Shown here in pieces: positions 35,082 through 49,195 of a stretch of 62,514 nt of DNA (the stretch's first letter is position 1; every line of letters starts with the position of its first letter). This DNA is from Macrostomum lignano (Eukaryota): positions 104,197 to 166,710 of the forward strand of contig NIVC01001159.1 of the NCBI GenBank assembly GCA_002269645.1, written 5' to 3'. The notes under the pieces were generated by a model. The model made no database searches, was not told the origin of the DNA, and worked only from the letters and a program-made list of their open reading frames with translations. The position numbers were made by a program, and so were the translations under genes.

Positions 35082-35793
35082 TGTGCAGCTTTTGAAAAGA
35101 AAGTGATTATGCACAGAAGTTTGTCTGTCCAGTGCGGTTTCAACAAGCGCTTGCTGACAGCCGATAGACTTTGCTTAAACGCGTTAACCCGTAGTCCGCC
35201 ACAGCCAATAAGATCCCCTTAGGGAGGGGGGGGAGGCGGGAAAATGAAAGCCAAAGTTTCCCCGCCAGCTGTCCATCCCTCACCCTTAATCCCTCCTTCT
35301 CTATGCGTACATCAGCCTCCTCTCCAAGTAGTGCGGTAGTCACCGCTTTTTATCCCGGCCAAGCGCGGGATTGTATTTGCATGCTACTGTAGTGCAGGGT
35401 GGCTGCGGCGCCAGCCTCAGTCTGCAATCATTATCAATCTTCCGCAGTGCTGACGTTGCGCAGGCTTGGCTGGCTGTGGAACCATGCACGGGTGGGCTAG
35501 TTGCGCCCGCGGCCATAATTCATCCGGCTGCCATGCGTACTGCCCCAGCCTCTTTAATCTGATTTTATTCGAGTCTTTTTTGTTTTTTGTTTTCCAACAT
35601 CATTTGTTTTCCAACGTCTTTTATCCGCCGAAATTGCAGAATTTCGTCGAGTTTTGCATTTTACTACCATTTAATCAGTGATTCGTGAAATGTTACTGCA
35701 CTGTTCGCGACTTACATGTAGCAACAAAGCGCGAAACTAAGGAATTAAGGCATCAAGAAAAAGTGGAGAAGTGCTATACAAAAGCCAGAAAGT

Positions 35794-36082
<289 letters not shown>

Positions 36083-38438
36083 CCAAACTGACGCTGAATT
36101 CTGCTTTTCAATGTATCTGCACACCTCATTTATCAATACGGGAACTGCTCGACCAACGACGGAACCTGGAGGCACGTCAAAGCGAGAAAGCTAGAATAGC
36201 AAGGATTATAAGGGAATTGGGGTAACCATTGGATGAAGACATCATCAGGATTTGAAATCGAGTCCGTGTCTCATTAGCCAGCAGCTAACCAAGAAGAGAT
36301 TTGCTTTGACGACTAGCGACGGTAGGAGGAAGAAGACACGCAATTATCGCTTGAGCGAGCACGCGGTTCATCCGTGAGTTCATCAGTGAGCAGTTCTCTA
36401 CGCTGCAGATTGAGTTGCATACGAGTAACAGTACATACTGTACAATTCTGGCGCTGGTGGCAGCGACTTATTATAAATAAACATATCTGAACATACCTCT
36501 GCTCAACCGGATTCCGTATACTAGGCTCAACTTGCTGTTGGTATGTTCTGAAACCCTTGGCCAGTAATTTTGAGTAGAAACTCAATCAAAGTTTTTTTAG
36601 GAAAGTGTTTTACTTGTATTTTTAAAAATGCACGCACAAGAACAAATGATGCGGCTCAGTGCTCACTGGAGCAATTTCCTAACTTTCCCAATCTCAAATA
36701 GGTTTGTCCGCTTGATTGGCTGTATTAAAAACAGTGCTGAAACTATACTACTCATGAGCCAGTAGTTAGTTGCTGGCAAAATCTGTCTTGGTGTTTTTTC
36801 GGTTTTTTTCTAGCACGGCAAAAATCAATAGTCTTTTTTGTTGCAAACAATATGCATGCAGTAGGATGGAATTCAGGATGCCTAGGGGGGTTTGGCTTGC
36901 AGCTTTCCAGAAACCAGGGCTGCTATTGAAAGCAATTGTTTTTCTAATCGAACAATGGCAGTTGAAAATATTCTTCAGAAAGCGAAATTATTTTCAAATC
37001 GCAATACGGGCTACAACTCACCATTGTTTCATTTTTCAAAAAAAATGCAGGAAATTCCACAAAGAGCTGAATAAAACGTAGCTGCGAACACCTCAGTGCT
37101 AGCTTGTTTGGTTGCCATGGCATCCAATCTAAGCCATAGAACGGGTGTCAGCAAACTCGAAGACGGCTCTCCGGTCCTTTGAAACTGCACAATAGCAATC
37201 CGACAGGCTCAAGGTCTGTGTCTCTCAGTCTCTCTCTATTGTGTTGAGCTTTTTGGATAGCTCCCGAGGCTTCTTAAGCGTACGGTACAGATAAAACTTA
37301 ACATCTTTGCTTGGCTTATAGCTACAAAATCTTTATTGAATTTTTTCAAGAGCTGATTGAAATGAAGTTAAAAAATATCTTACGTGTATTAAAAATCAAA
37401 ATTGTTAACTTGGTTGCCAGTTTATCCAATTTGGCCTTTTTCAGTCTAAGTCGATCTATAGGCAACACCAATGGTAGATTGTGTTTATAGTCTTTGAAAA
37501 AAACAAATGCACAAGCACATTGTCTCATGAATGTACTTTTAGTAGCCTTAAATAATGATTTTGATATGCTAATTTTGAATTATGAGTGTACAGCGTGGGG
37601 CAATGTTAAAAAACTGCTTTAAATAGGCTTTCCCAAAGAGAAAAGAGGTCGCCTACTTATTGGGGTCCAAGGGTTTTTTAATATACCCACCCTCCACCTC
37701 CAATAACGACGCTGATTGATTTGTCTCTGGCAAAAGTAAGTAATTGAAGCAAAGTGAATGAGAAAAATTAATTAGCTAATATAGATGGGAAAATAGCATG
37801 TATGCTTACAGATACCGTAAGACATTTTCTTACTGTGTACCCATATGTACTGCATTGTGCAAGAAGGAGGTTGATCAGAATCCGTGCGGGTGAGCCCGGC
37901 CGGAAAAGCAAAAAAGCAAAAGTAATAAACAGGCAGTAGTGAAAGGGGAGGCATTGGACTTGCTTCTGGGTCTTTGATGCAGTTCCCGCTGGTAGAGACT
38001 GGCAAAGTAATGGAGGAATGTCGCTGTCGTTTGCCAAAACCCGATGAGGCATTGTTGAATAGTGATGTAGGCTACAGCGAGCTCTAATGCCACCAAAGAA
38101 GTGCTCCTAATGGATATTGACTCCTCACACTACAATATTGACTCCTAATGGAACTTTTATGTCAAAATTCAGCGAATATAGAAGAATAGGTTTGAAATAT
38201 TGAGTTGTTTTGAACAGTTTGGTAATGCAACAAGTCTAATAAGCATTGGCATTCGTCACATATCCAAGTACCCACGTGTTGCCCTCAGAGGTGCACTGGC
38301 TTCAACTTTTCGTCTTTATTGGCACCCAATAACCAGGCGACCTCAATACTCTTAGGGCTTTCTTCTGTACTTCAGTTCGAGCATTAGAGCGACTCAGTTA
38401 ATCTTTACTACTCCTCTTAAACTGCTTTCAAAGTCGTC

Positions 38439-39633
38439 TCAGTCCTTATAGCAGTAGCTGTCCAGTCGGTGAAAATCCTCCAAACGCAAAAGGCCGCTGC
38501 TGAAACCGAAGCACCTGATGCTGCCTTCAACTCCATCGCCCTCCAGACTGGTGCTTAGGCGCATATAGCTGAACTGGTCCAAGCTCATCGAGCTCATGGT
38601 AGTAACAAAAGCGCTCCCGAGTTCCAGCACGGATCCGTTAAAATAAAAGGCAGCAACTGACGTTCGGTTGAAGGACACCCCGACTGACATCTCGACAGGG
38701 TGGTGGCTGGTAGCAGCGGTCGTTGTTTTTGACACCCATCCCGTGAATGTCCGGCTGGCCACGGAGCTGGTGGCGAGACAGACAGCCTGCTTTTGACAGT
38801 TGACCAAAATCCCGCCATATCCACCAAGGGTCTTGTTGGTGAATGAGCAATAGGTCCGGGACCTTAGATAAGAATTTGGTAGAGCGTGAATTTGATCTTT
38901 ATGTAAGAATAAAACTTTTTAGTTTGTCTCCATACAAGATTTTTGCTTACATAGAGTTGAAAGGTGCTCGGAGCACGGCATACAGAGAGAAGACGCCTCC
39001 ATAGTTTAAGTACTGCTCAAAGCCGGGAGTCTTCACGCTCAAGTATGAACTCTGAGTGCCTTTGAATTTAGCGCCGTCGATACCCATGGTTACATTATGA
39101 GATTTCAGACAATTGAGCCTTGGATTGGCTTCATTCACCAGGCCGCTCTTCTTGAATTTGTAAAACAGCTGCATCCTCAGTTCGGCGAACAGTGCAGATG
39201 AGCCATCTGAAGCGTGAGGCAGATGAGTGCATTCAGTCAGAAATAAGTCGCCACCAAAAAACTTATTCCAGAACTTTTACACATCGAGCTTACACTGGTT
39301 TCCTGGGTCAGCTGTGCTCTTAAACGAGAAGGTTTTGCAGTGGCCGGTTGTCCACTGAGCTGCGCCTCCGTCAGTGGCGCAGGCGTCACCCAGGTAACAC
39401 AAAGGGTCACCTTTGACTGGCCTAGCGAAGTGAAAGGCGTTGCAGCTCCTGGCCATGACGCACAGCATTGCGCAGCCAAACTCAGAGCCAAGCTTCTCGG
39501 CCCTCGGTCCGCCGATGGCAGCTGGACAGAGAGACTGCAGCTCGAATCGCAGGTTATGGAACGCTTGCTCGGTGGACTTGCTGTTCACTTTGACAAGCAG
39601 CAGCCAGTTGATAACGTGCCATAGCAGGTGCAT
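38439..39633 (-). CDS. Secreted PAN/apple + LamG/ConA-like protein, paralogue A, 3 exons
   Basis: Exons 39633-39294, 39206-38951 and 38862-38439 (phases 1,2). Signal-like N-terminus, PAN cysteine pattern GCAMLC..CNAFHF..CYL, and LamG3-like LFYKF..GAKFKG..FSLYA..SIRCFGF..LL. Confidence 0.75.
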
Positions 39634-40416
39634 TATTTTAGCTTATTTAAAAATATCGTTTACACGAAAGTTTTTGGATTAGCCGCTGACTTGCGGTGCT
39701 GAGGCACATTTATAGGAATATTACTCTACTGAGATGTCCAGTCACGGACAGCTGCAGCTGCTATTGGTCCATGCCAGAGCAGACTGAGATTGACGAGACC
39801 AGAAAACCTTCAAACTCGTTATAGAAATATGAGATAAAAGTGAGCACTGGGAGTCGTTTTTACTTTTAAAAAATGAATATTCTTTTATCATTGGAATGGG
39901 CCACTATTACTGTATAACCAGCAGAAAGTTTTCACAATTAATTATTAATGTCGGTTCCTGCAACTGGCTTGTGCCCGAATCACGTGACAGGCTAGCTGCA
40001 GTTGTCGCTGACAGGGTGTCGATCATATCCCTCCCAGGAAAGCGGCGGGCGCTGAACGCCGCGCGGAGCAGAGACGCTTTGAACTACTGACTCTTGCCTC
40101 AGATGGATGGACTGGCGGCACCTCAGGAGCATTTCCGCCTTTCCGCAGCTGTCAGCATCGTTGGGCACGTTTTCTTACGTTCTAAAAGTTTTTAACGTTA
40201 GATTTACGAACATAAAAATCCGCTGGATTTCAATTTGTCTCAAAATTTTATATCATATTTTTGTTTCCTTGAGGCGATTCAAGTTTGGCTTGGCATTTAC
40301 CTTGCATCAATTATTCTTTGTCATACACGGTTGCATTTCAGGTATTTAGCGCAGGAATTTCAGCAGGAATCAAGGAAGTAATACGGAAGGCAGGCTATGA
40401 TATACATATTGCATAT

Positions 40417-40530
40417 CTATAACATGTCTATAGCACAGTTTTTATGTTACACCATAGGAATCAGAAATTGATATATCTGTAACTATATTCCAGTGTAGCA
40501 TAAAAACTATGTGCTATAGACATGTTATAG
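40417..40530. repeat. 114 bp foldback (MITE-like hairpin)
   Basis: ctataacatgtctatagcaca..tttttatg.tacac arms are near-perfect reverse complements. Confidence 0.75.
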
Positions 40531-41553
40531 AAGTGCCATAGATGTGCCATAGATGTGCCATAGATATGCCATTAATAACGTATAAAACATGAGGATGCCA
40601 TAAAATTTCAATGTATTTTTCGATAGTCGAAACATTTTAAACGCCGATTCAAAAAAGGAATTGTCTGGAATCGAGCTAACCTGCATAAATGGAATATGTT
40701 CTCGGGCCTAATGGAATATTGGAATATCTAGATATTTTCTGTTCTGACTTGTTTGAGTGAGACTGAGCTCCAACTCTCAGGCCCGATACCTGCAGCCTCT
40801 TGCAGAATTATTTATTCCTGAAACTCAAACAGCGATCCCTGCTAAAATCTCTGCTTGATCTCTGCTTGATCAGGGCTGGGAGAGGTTCTAGAATTATCCT
40901 CCAGTATATGGCAATTGCTATCTAGCATGCAATTTATTCAATTAAATCAAGGATTTTATTTAAACAATACAGATGAGAGCAGAAGAGAAAACGGCAGCGC
41001 TTTTTCGCAGATGATGAAGCCGCTTAGAGAAGCTGGTGGCGACTCACTTTTCCATTTATTTTGCTTTGTTGTCGTTTCTATCTTCTCCGACTGTTCATCG
41101 TTTCCATGGGAACGTAATTTTCCATCAGTAATTTTATCTATTATAGAATTTCTGTTTAAATTTAACTGTTTAATTTTCAAGCGGATGCTTATTCCAAAGT
41201 ACCTGAAGCTGTGTGAGTTCCCGGAATCGAATTAAATTGCATTTAGCAGTATTCTGCCATCGAGTTTCGTATAAAATACACTTAATCCCGTATTCTTGTG
41301 ATATATGCTAGTATTCAGAGACTTTCGTAGGCAAGTTATTGTGCAATATAATATAACGACTCGTTTATTGCTTATGATAGCAATTGAAAACTCCAAGGCA
41401 GATCGAGAGTGACATTATAAAATTTCAGGGGTCACGAGAACTGTCTACGAGACTTCAACATTTTTATCAATTCTGCAATAAATTTTTTCATTACTTCTGT
41501 ACACGTCACTCTTGGCACGAGCAGCTCCAGGCCCTGTCGAGAACTCAATGTTG

Positions 41554-43153
41554 CTAGTCTTCATTGCAGTAGCTGTCCAGCTGCTGGATATCCTCTAGGA
41601 GCAGCAAAGCCAAACTGAAGCCGAAGCATCGAATGCTGCCGCCGGTGTCGCCGAAAACATCACTCGAGGAGAAACGCAAGTGCCGATAGCCCTGGTCAGG
41701 ACGGATGAGAAGACTGCTTCCAAGTGAGTAGTTTGACACAGCCAACGCTGATCCATTGAAATAAAATGTTGAAATGGCGCTTTGGTTGAACGACACTCCG
41801 ATGGACACCGGGAACGGCTGGTCGCCAATCGCAGAACCCACTTCCTGCGACTTCAGAGTGATGGCATACAAGTTGTCGGGCTCTATCAGCCAGCCGAAGA
41901 ATAGGCAAATGCGCCGGCTTTGGCAGCTATAAAAAATCACTTGCGCGGCGGAGTCTTCAAACCTTGATGAAAAGTATACGGTTTAAAATAGATTACTCAA
42001 TTGTTTGTTTAAGGTTTTTTGATATTTGTGACAGTCGACCCTCAGCCAGCTGTGAGTTAAACAGGTTAAAAACCATTTTCCCCGACAGCTGAGCACTCAC
42101 ACTCACAAAGACTCACTGGCACACTCAATGGCCTTGAAGTTAATCAACGTCAGGCTTGTACACATTCTGGATCGGCTCACATAATCGTGAGTTACGAGCG
42201 TACATGGAACAAGCCCCTGCTACGTGGACTAGACACGTTTTGATTTCATCTAAATGGCCTCACTAAATTTTCGCAGACCTAAACTCCTTCCAGTTTGCAG
42301 TCTCACGCATTTACCCGTCATGTCGAAGCTAAATTCAAATCAGTTGTATGAGAAAATGGTGACTGCAGTACGTGACAGCGAGTTACCTTCAAAAAGAGGC
42401 TTAATGTGATCAACGCTGGTCTTACTCGAAATTTTATAGATTTTATCTAAGAAACACGGTGAAAGGTTAAACGCTCACTGGCAACGGATTGGCTTCCGAA
42501 GCACTGCATACAGTGTATAGATGCCGCCGTAGTTCAAGTACTGCCCAAAATCGGGAATCTCGGTTTTCAGGAAAGAATCTTGATTGCCTTCAAACTGAGC
42601 TCCGTCCGAGCCTATGGTGACATTCTGAGCGGTCAGACAGTGCAGCCTCGGATTAGCCTCATTCACCGGGCCGCTTTTCTTGAATCTGTAGAAAAGTTTC
42701 ATCTTTTGTTCAGCGAGTAGGCCAGGGGTGTCGCCTGAAACGAGTAGCAATGACTAAAATTTTACTAAGATTTAAGTTGAAAACAAAGCATGACTCATAG
42801 ACCTCACCGGGATTCACATTGCTGGTGTCCTGGTACGAGAACGTTTTGCAGTGGCCGGCGGTCCATTGTGCTGCACCTCCGCCAGGAGCGCAAGCGTCAC
42901 CCAGGTAGCACAAAGGGTCGCCTTTGACTGGCCGAGCGAAGTGAAACGCGTTGCAGCTCCGGGCCAAAGTGCACAGCATTGCGCAGCCAAACTCAGAGCC
43001 AAGCTTCTCGGCCCTCGGTCCGCCGCTGGCAGCTGGACAGAGAGACACCAGCTTGAATCTCATTCGTTGCTTTGCCGGTTGCTCGTTTGAGCAGCTGCTC
43101 GCGAGTGAACCCAGCAGGAACAGGGAGCTAATGACGTACAACAATACTTGCAT
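41554..43153 (-). CDS. Secreted PAN/apple + LamG/ConA-like protein, paralogue B, 3 exons
   Basis: Exons 43153-42808, 42734-42479 and 41962-41554, with the same intron phases as paralogue A. The PAN segment is ~87% identical to A at the amino-acid level. Confidence 0.75.
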
Positions 43154-44506
43154 CTTCGTACCTCACTTTACTCTTCCAATTTTTTTAAACTATCGAATCG
43201 GTATCGGATCCGTCATCCGCCTTTCTGCTCAGGAATTTATACTCGAGCGAACCGCCCAATGACAGATGGAGCTGACTTACAATTGGCTCATCGTTTTCAC
43301 CTGACCTATTGTTGGCTTTGGGGCTCTCAGATATTCATCTCAGAGACTGATTTTTTCCTCGCTACATGTACGCTCGTAATGGAACAGTCGGAATGAAAGT
43401 GCAGTTCACTTGACTATTGAGTGTGTAGCGGGCTCCTACTGGCTTATTCGTCAATGCGAAGCTAGTTGGAGGAAAATTCGTGAAGAAATTCAAGAGAAAA
43501 AGCCTGAGATAACGTTTCTATAAGGTCAAACACTAACCTGCAGCATGCAGTTTCTCACGGATTTATCGTTATGTCGGCGATATATAATGATAAATTTCGG
43601 GTATAACGCACAATTTACCATATACAAAAGCTAATATAATCGTAGACTGCTGGGTTAAGGATTAATCCGACACCTTTTTTTAGCTGGAGAAAAGAACTTC
43701 TGCAACTGGGATCCCTGGAGCGGGCTTTGCAATTGGATGCACACAAATCATGTACATGTACAATATTAATATATAAACGTTACAATTGCAGTCAGAAAAC
43801 AGCAATAAATAACAGCAATAAAAAAGTCGAAAATTTAAAAATTGTCGAAAATTTGTGTCGAAAAATTTGAGAGGAAATCATTGAGTTCAATGATTAACTG
43901 TGCGTTACTGACACCCGTGCCGCAAATCGGGGCAGAGTCACAAATCAGAGAGTCATTATAATCCGTTAAAACAAAAATAAATAAATCATGTCAAAAAATC
44001 GGTCAATTCAATCTCTGCTGCTCAGTCAAGTAAGTTTTCAGAATTACAGCAACAAAATCGAATTATTATCGAGATTTTTTGGGAATTTTTTTCACAGACT
44101 TCTAAATTTACCGACAGGTCAAGAAAACTGTCTAAAGATTTATGGATGAAAATTGCTCCGTGAAAACAGAGTCGCATAATATCATTAAAAAAACAAAAAC
44201 ATCGCTAGGTTCTTCGCAATAACGCCCTAAAGAAACCTCTAAGATAGAAGAGGTAGCTACATTACATAGTTCGACGAAAAAATCTCCGAGAATGTTGAAG
44301 AACCAGCATAGAATAGAAAAGGTTGACTTGCCTAAACATAGTTGGAAGTTTAAAGGACAGTTCCAACCGTAATTTATCACATTTTAATAGAGAAAATATA
44401 TCGCTGAGTTTTATAAATAGAATTGCTAAATATTTGCCATCATATAAGTTATATTTTTATTTTATAGATCTTCTTAGCAATGTCAGAGTTTGTATTTTTT
44501 GTTGTT

Positions 44507-47500
44507 TTAATTGACTGCGGAAACAAGCCGGCGAGAGTTAAGGTTCGCGGCGGAGGCACTGCGGCCGTTCCTGGCCTGGTAGAACTTGTGCCCGGTGTCG
44601 TCTGTTTCCTTGTAGAGATAGCGCGAAGTCTCAGTGTCCAACAGCGCGGCTGGGCATGGCTCGATGTGCTTGGGCACGTACTCCATGCTGCGGGAAAGGT
44701 GGACAATCAGTGAATATAATGTGTTTACTATGCGCCTGAAACTGGTTGACGTCATGTTTGATTGATTTGGATCTTATTAGCTCTTAATTTGAGCGCTAAC
44801 TTTGGTGTCTACTTTCGAGAAGCAAATCGAGTTACTTGAGTTATCGAGAAGCTATTTTAGGGTTGCGTTTAGACAATATGGAGAGCTTAATTGGGCTTCG
44901 GAGCTGCGTATAAATACCTTGTAGTTTAGATAATACGGCAGTCAGTGACGTACGCATCGGAGGCGGTACGAGGCTGTGGAACCCCAAACACCCCCCACTA
45001 AAATGTAATTTTCCAAATATTAAATAAAAGAGGTGATCAAACTGTACGAATGGCTCAAAATTTATCAACTTAAAAGACAGGGGTCGGGTTTTCACCTAAG
45101 AGATAGGGACGCCAGTATTTCAGAGTTTTTATCCTCCTACTGCGTGTACATCACTGGCTATCGTAAAACTTTCCGTAATATTGTTTGAGTTTTGAAATTT
45201 TGATCGAAATTTGATATTAGTAGCAGATCAGGCTAATCAAGAACTCACCGATAGAGTGTGGTTCCATCAAACGGCCCTTCGGTTCTGGCGGCGTCCTGCG
45301 ACGGCTTGAAGCTGCGTCGGACGTCCATTGGGTGCGGCACGAAATGGCTGGCCGTGGTGCTCTGGCCCTCGAAGGGCGCTGAATTCGGCTGGTAGGTCTG
45401 GTTGGGCCCGACCTTCTCCCGGCCCGTGAGCGCCCACTTCTTGAAGTTGTCCCTGCAGGGGAAGATAATTTTTTTGTTCATTTAGGATAATGCGATTACA
45501 CTTAGTGTGCAATTTCTCCAACGTGCTGTTGCTGTGCCTGTACAGCATTTCGACGTTAGCGACGTCGTCCGACGTTAAAGACGCAGATGCTTTTACATTG
45601 CACTGTCATCCGTTGGTGTAATATAAAAATACCGACTTGCGTCCGTGGATGTCCGAACGTTGCACGAAGTGCTAGAACGACACTTTTTACTATTAATGCA
45701 TTGAAGAGTTCCGATACGTTTATTATCAAAATGGGCCCTTTAGGGTGTCAATATTTGGTCGCTATCAACACTAGCATTTCAATACTTGGGCCCCCAATTT
45801 TATGTCATAGGGCTTAAAAAGCTTGTTGTCTGCCCTCAGAAGCACAATAGCTCGTAAAGACATCACGGGCACTCTACAGGCTATTCGTCCCTTACACTTC
45901 TTTCTATAAGTAGGCGAATTCAGAAATATAATAGTATATATTTACTCGTCTCCTGCAACACGGTATTCACTAAACTAAGCTAATTAAGTGGTATGCCAAA
46001 ACTTTTCTAGACAATGTCGGAGCCACTTTCTACAGTTAGATATTCAGTATTCGTTTTTAAGTGGTGAGACCATTAGCAAGTGGTTGGGCCAGAGTGGCGT
46101 GAGAGACTCGAATTGTCGGGTACTCATTGGCAATGCGTTAGACAGCGAAAAGAACTGAGACGGTCTGCTGAGCAGTGAGCAGAGAGAGCAGACGCGAGGT
46201 TTTGATCCGTCTTGATTGCCTCGCTTCTTTGAATAGAAAATGATTTTCTAAAGCCTCGGTGTGATGAGTAGCCAGGCACGGCCTCTCTTCTCTCTCCCGC
46301 ATCTTTACTCTCCGTTCTCCCTTCTCTCTCCCCCACCCACTGGACCAGCTCAGTTCTGCCGGGCGACAGTCAACAATGAAAGCCATTCTTCTTTTTTGCC
46401 AGTTGCTCAGCTGCCTGCGGCTAAAGTTTGCTAGGATATACTGCGTATGGCTAAAGCTCTTGCAACCCATGGGTTCTGCTGCCTGCCTCTCCCCAAGTCT
46501 CACTCCGCCTGCCAGATTGCAACCCCTGCTTGCATTACAAACAAGTAACAATATGGATGCCTCTCAGTACAGTTGCAATGAATTGGTTGATTTTTTTTAG
46601 TACAGCTCCACTTCCCATGAAGCTGATTGGGTGAGAAGCAAGAAAAACAAACCTAAAAATTGCCCTAGCGACGTAATGGAGTTTTGTATCCTTGGTTATA
46701 GGCTCGGAAAAATTACCGAACTAAGGCTTCTGTTTAAGTCGCAAGAAACGTCCAAGAGACCGAAAGACTTTAAAATGTGGGTTTATACCGTAAGGGTTTA
46801 CATCTGGTGTAAAAAAGGATTAAAGGTGAGGAAAGATGAGTCAAAGGTGAGGAAAACTCACTTGTAATCTGTGGCGTCATTGAATTCTCCGCTAGGTAGA
46901 CCGCGCTCCGGCCTCCTAGTGTAGGTCTCCCTAACGACCTTGTGGGCTGGGTAGTCCTTGACGTAGGTCGTGGTGCCATCCACGTGACCCTCCGGGGGCA
47001 CGTAGGGCTCGGCTTTATGCACGGCGTGACGCTGCAGCTCCCACGGCTTGAAGTCAAGTCGGTGCGTTGTGTCGTCTTTGAACGGCGCGTTGGAGGCAAA
47101 CGCGGTAGCGTCCGGCTTCATCGAGCTGCGGACCATCGCCGATTTCGGGGTGAAGTCGCGCGTGAATGTGCTCAGGCCATCGAATGGCGCCGATGGGCGC
47201 GCCCAGACCTGGCGCTCTTTCTCCTTGCGCCGCTCGAGCGGATGCGGCACAAAGCTCTGCCGGTAGTCGGTCTGGTTCTCCAGCGGGGCGGACGACAGCG
47301 AGCGACCTCGTTCGGTTTGCAGCTGGTGGACGGTCTGTGAGAAACCAACATTTTTATCTGAGTTACAGCTCAATATTGGAATGCCAACTTAAGCTCCGGA
47401 ATGAACCCCAAAAATAAGACACGAGACCAAACCGCCTGAAATCAATAACTTGCCGGGTAAAGTTGAATAAAACGGGATTTCATGTCAACCTACAGTTCGT

Positions 47501-49195
47501 GTCTCGCCTAGCCGTATCAGGGCAGAAGTTGACTGAGAAACCGTGTTGTAAACGAGCTCTAAAATATTCCTTCAAGTCTGCCTGATCGTGTGATCCTGTA
47601 GAATTCTTGGGTCCCATTCTACCGGTAACTGTTGAGTTATCATACAATCCACGGTACTTCAGGCCCCAGTCCGGTGCTTAAGCTTATCCAGTACCATATT
47701 CGTGCTAATCATGTTTTAAAATCAAAATGAGTAAAAATTATAAGCCAGAAAAGCTACTGAAGTAATGCATTTAAAGTGATTTCTGTTCACTGTTGAGTTT
47801 GGACTTGAATGTGATCGGCAGAAAGCCTATTTGAACCGTCAATCGATTAAATATTTAGTGATCGAGTGAGGCAGAAGCAACTTTCAATGCCAAGAAAAAA
47901 CATTCTAAATATAAAAATAGTGTCCATATAGAAGGGATATTTTAAACCAACCTGAATTATGATCGCTGATAGTTCAGCATGTCATTAATAAGTCGATTAT
48001 ACTCTGGTTCAGGTAAAAGTGGATTTGTCTGTTCATTATCACATGATCGATTGCTGCAAGCTAAATTATTTTATTTAGAACCAACCTAATCGCCAATCAG
48101 CCCTTCTCACCTGCCCGGGTGGGCCACATAGTCGGTGGTGTAGGTAGGCAGGCCGCCGAACGGAGTCTTGGACGGCTCCCACTGCGGGTTGGTGCGGCTC
48201 CGCTCCAGCTTGGGCATGTCCCACTTCCGGTAGTCGTGCTTGTACGTCGGCTCGCCGCGGAATTCGCCAGCAACGCCGCGTTTCACTTCGCGCTTAGCGG
48301 GCACGGCTCGGTCTGCCCGCTTCTCCGTGTACTCCTTGCTGTACATGGTGATGCCATCGAACTGGCCGGAGGGCGGCCGGTATTGCTCAGCCTGGTGCTG
48401 CTTCGGCCTGTCCAGCGGGTGCGGCACGAAGTCCACCCGGTGGGTGGTCTTATCGGACAGAGGGCCTTCGCTGCCGGCCGCTCGGACTGTCGGCTTGAAG
48501 CTGCCGACCGGCACGATGGCATGCGGGATGAACTTGTTGGTGTACTCGGACAGCTGGCAGGGGCCGTCGCGGATCGGGCGATTCGGGTGCAGCTTGCAGC
48601 GATGCCGGCTGATAAAGTGACCAGAAAAAATTGTTCATATAAAGTTTTAACCATTTAATTTTAATTTGTATTTGGCGTAGCTATTAAAATCAATAAAGAA
48701 TGCAAACAAGAAACAAATTAGTGGCTTATAAATTCGTTTAATAATAAATAAAACCTTGTTTTTAAGTATTAAATCAGACAGAAGTGAGAAATGATTAATT
48801 TAAGTGTATTTTTTCTGTCTATTATAAATTTAAATGCTAAAATTGAACATTTTCAACAGTTAATTTATATGGTTTTGTAAAATTTCAAATCATTAGTTCT
48901 GATAAATTTTGAAGAGTCGTGCCAGGCCAATGAATGTATGTCAAACCATAAATTACTTAGAAAACAGCACAGAAATGTAGAGGAAAATGGGAGTCAAATA
49001 ACCTATTTGGAATTAAATAATCTAAGGGATAGTATAAGAATTTCGAAAGTTCAGTAAAACGATATTTTACTTTTACTAAATTCTTTTTTCAGCAAAAATT
49101 TCTTGAAAGTCGAAAACATTAAGAAAAGAAAAATGACGTTTTGCATACCCGCAATTGCAGATTTGACAGATGCACTGTGTTGGTCTCGCAGACAT
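44507..49195 (-). CDS. SAXO: Stabilizer of axonemal microtubules (SAXO/FAM154 family), 5 exons, apparent 1-nt frameshift near 47300
   Basis: Exons 49195-49149, 48608-48111, 47335-intron boundary gives start 47334 to 46862, 45452-45249 and 44687-44507. N-terminal CICQICNCGRHRC, repeated Mn-like motifs (FDGITMYSKEY, FGGLPTYTTDY, FDGLSTFTRDF) and C-terminal CPAALL..GHKFY. Confidence 0.88.
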
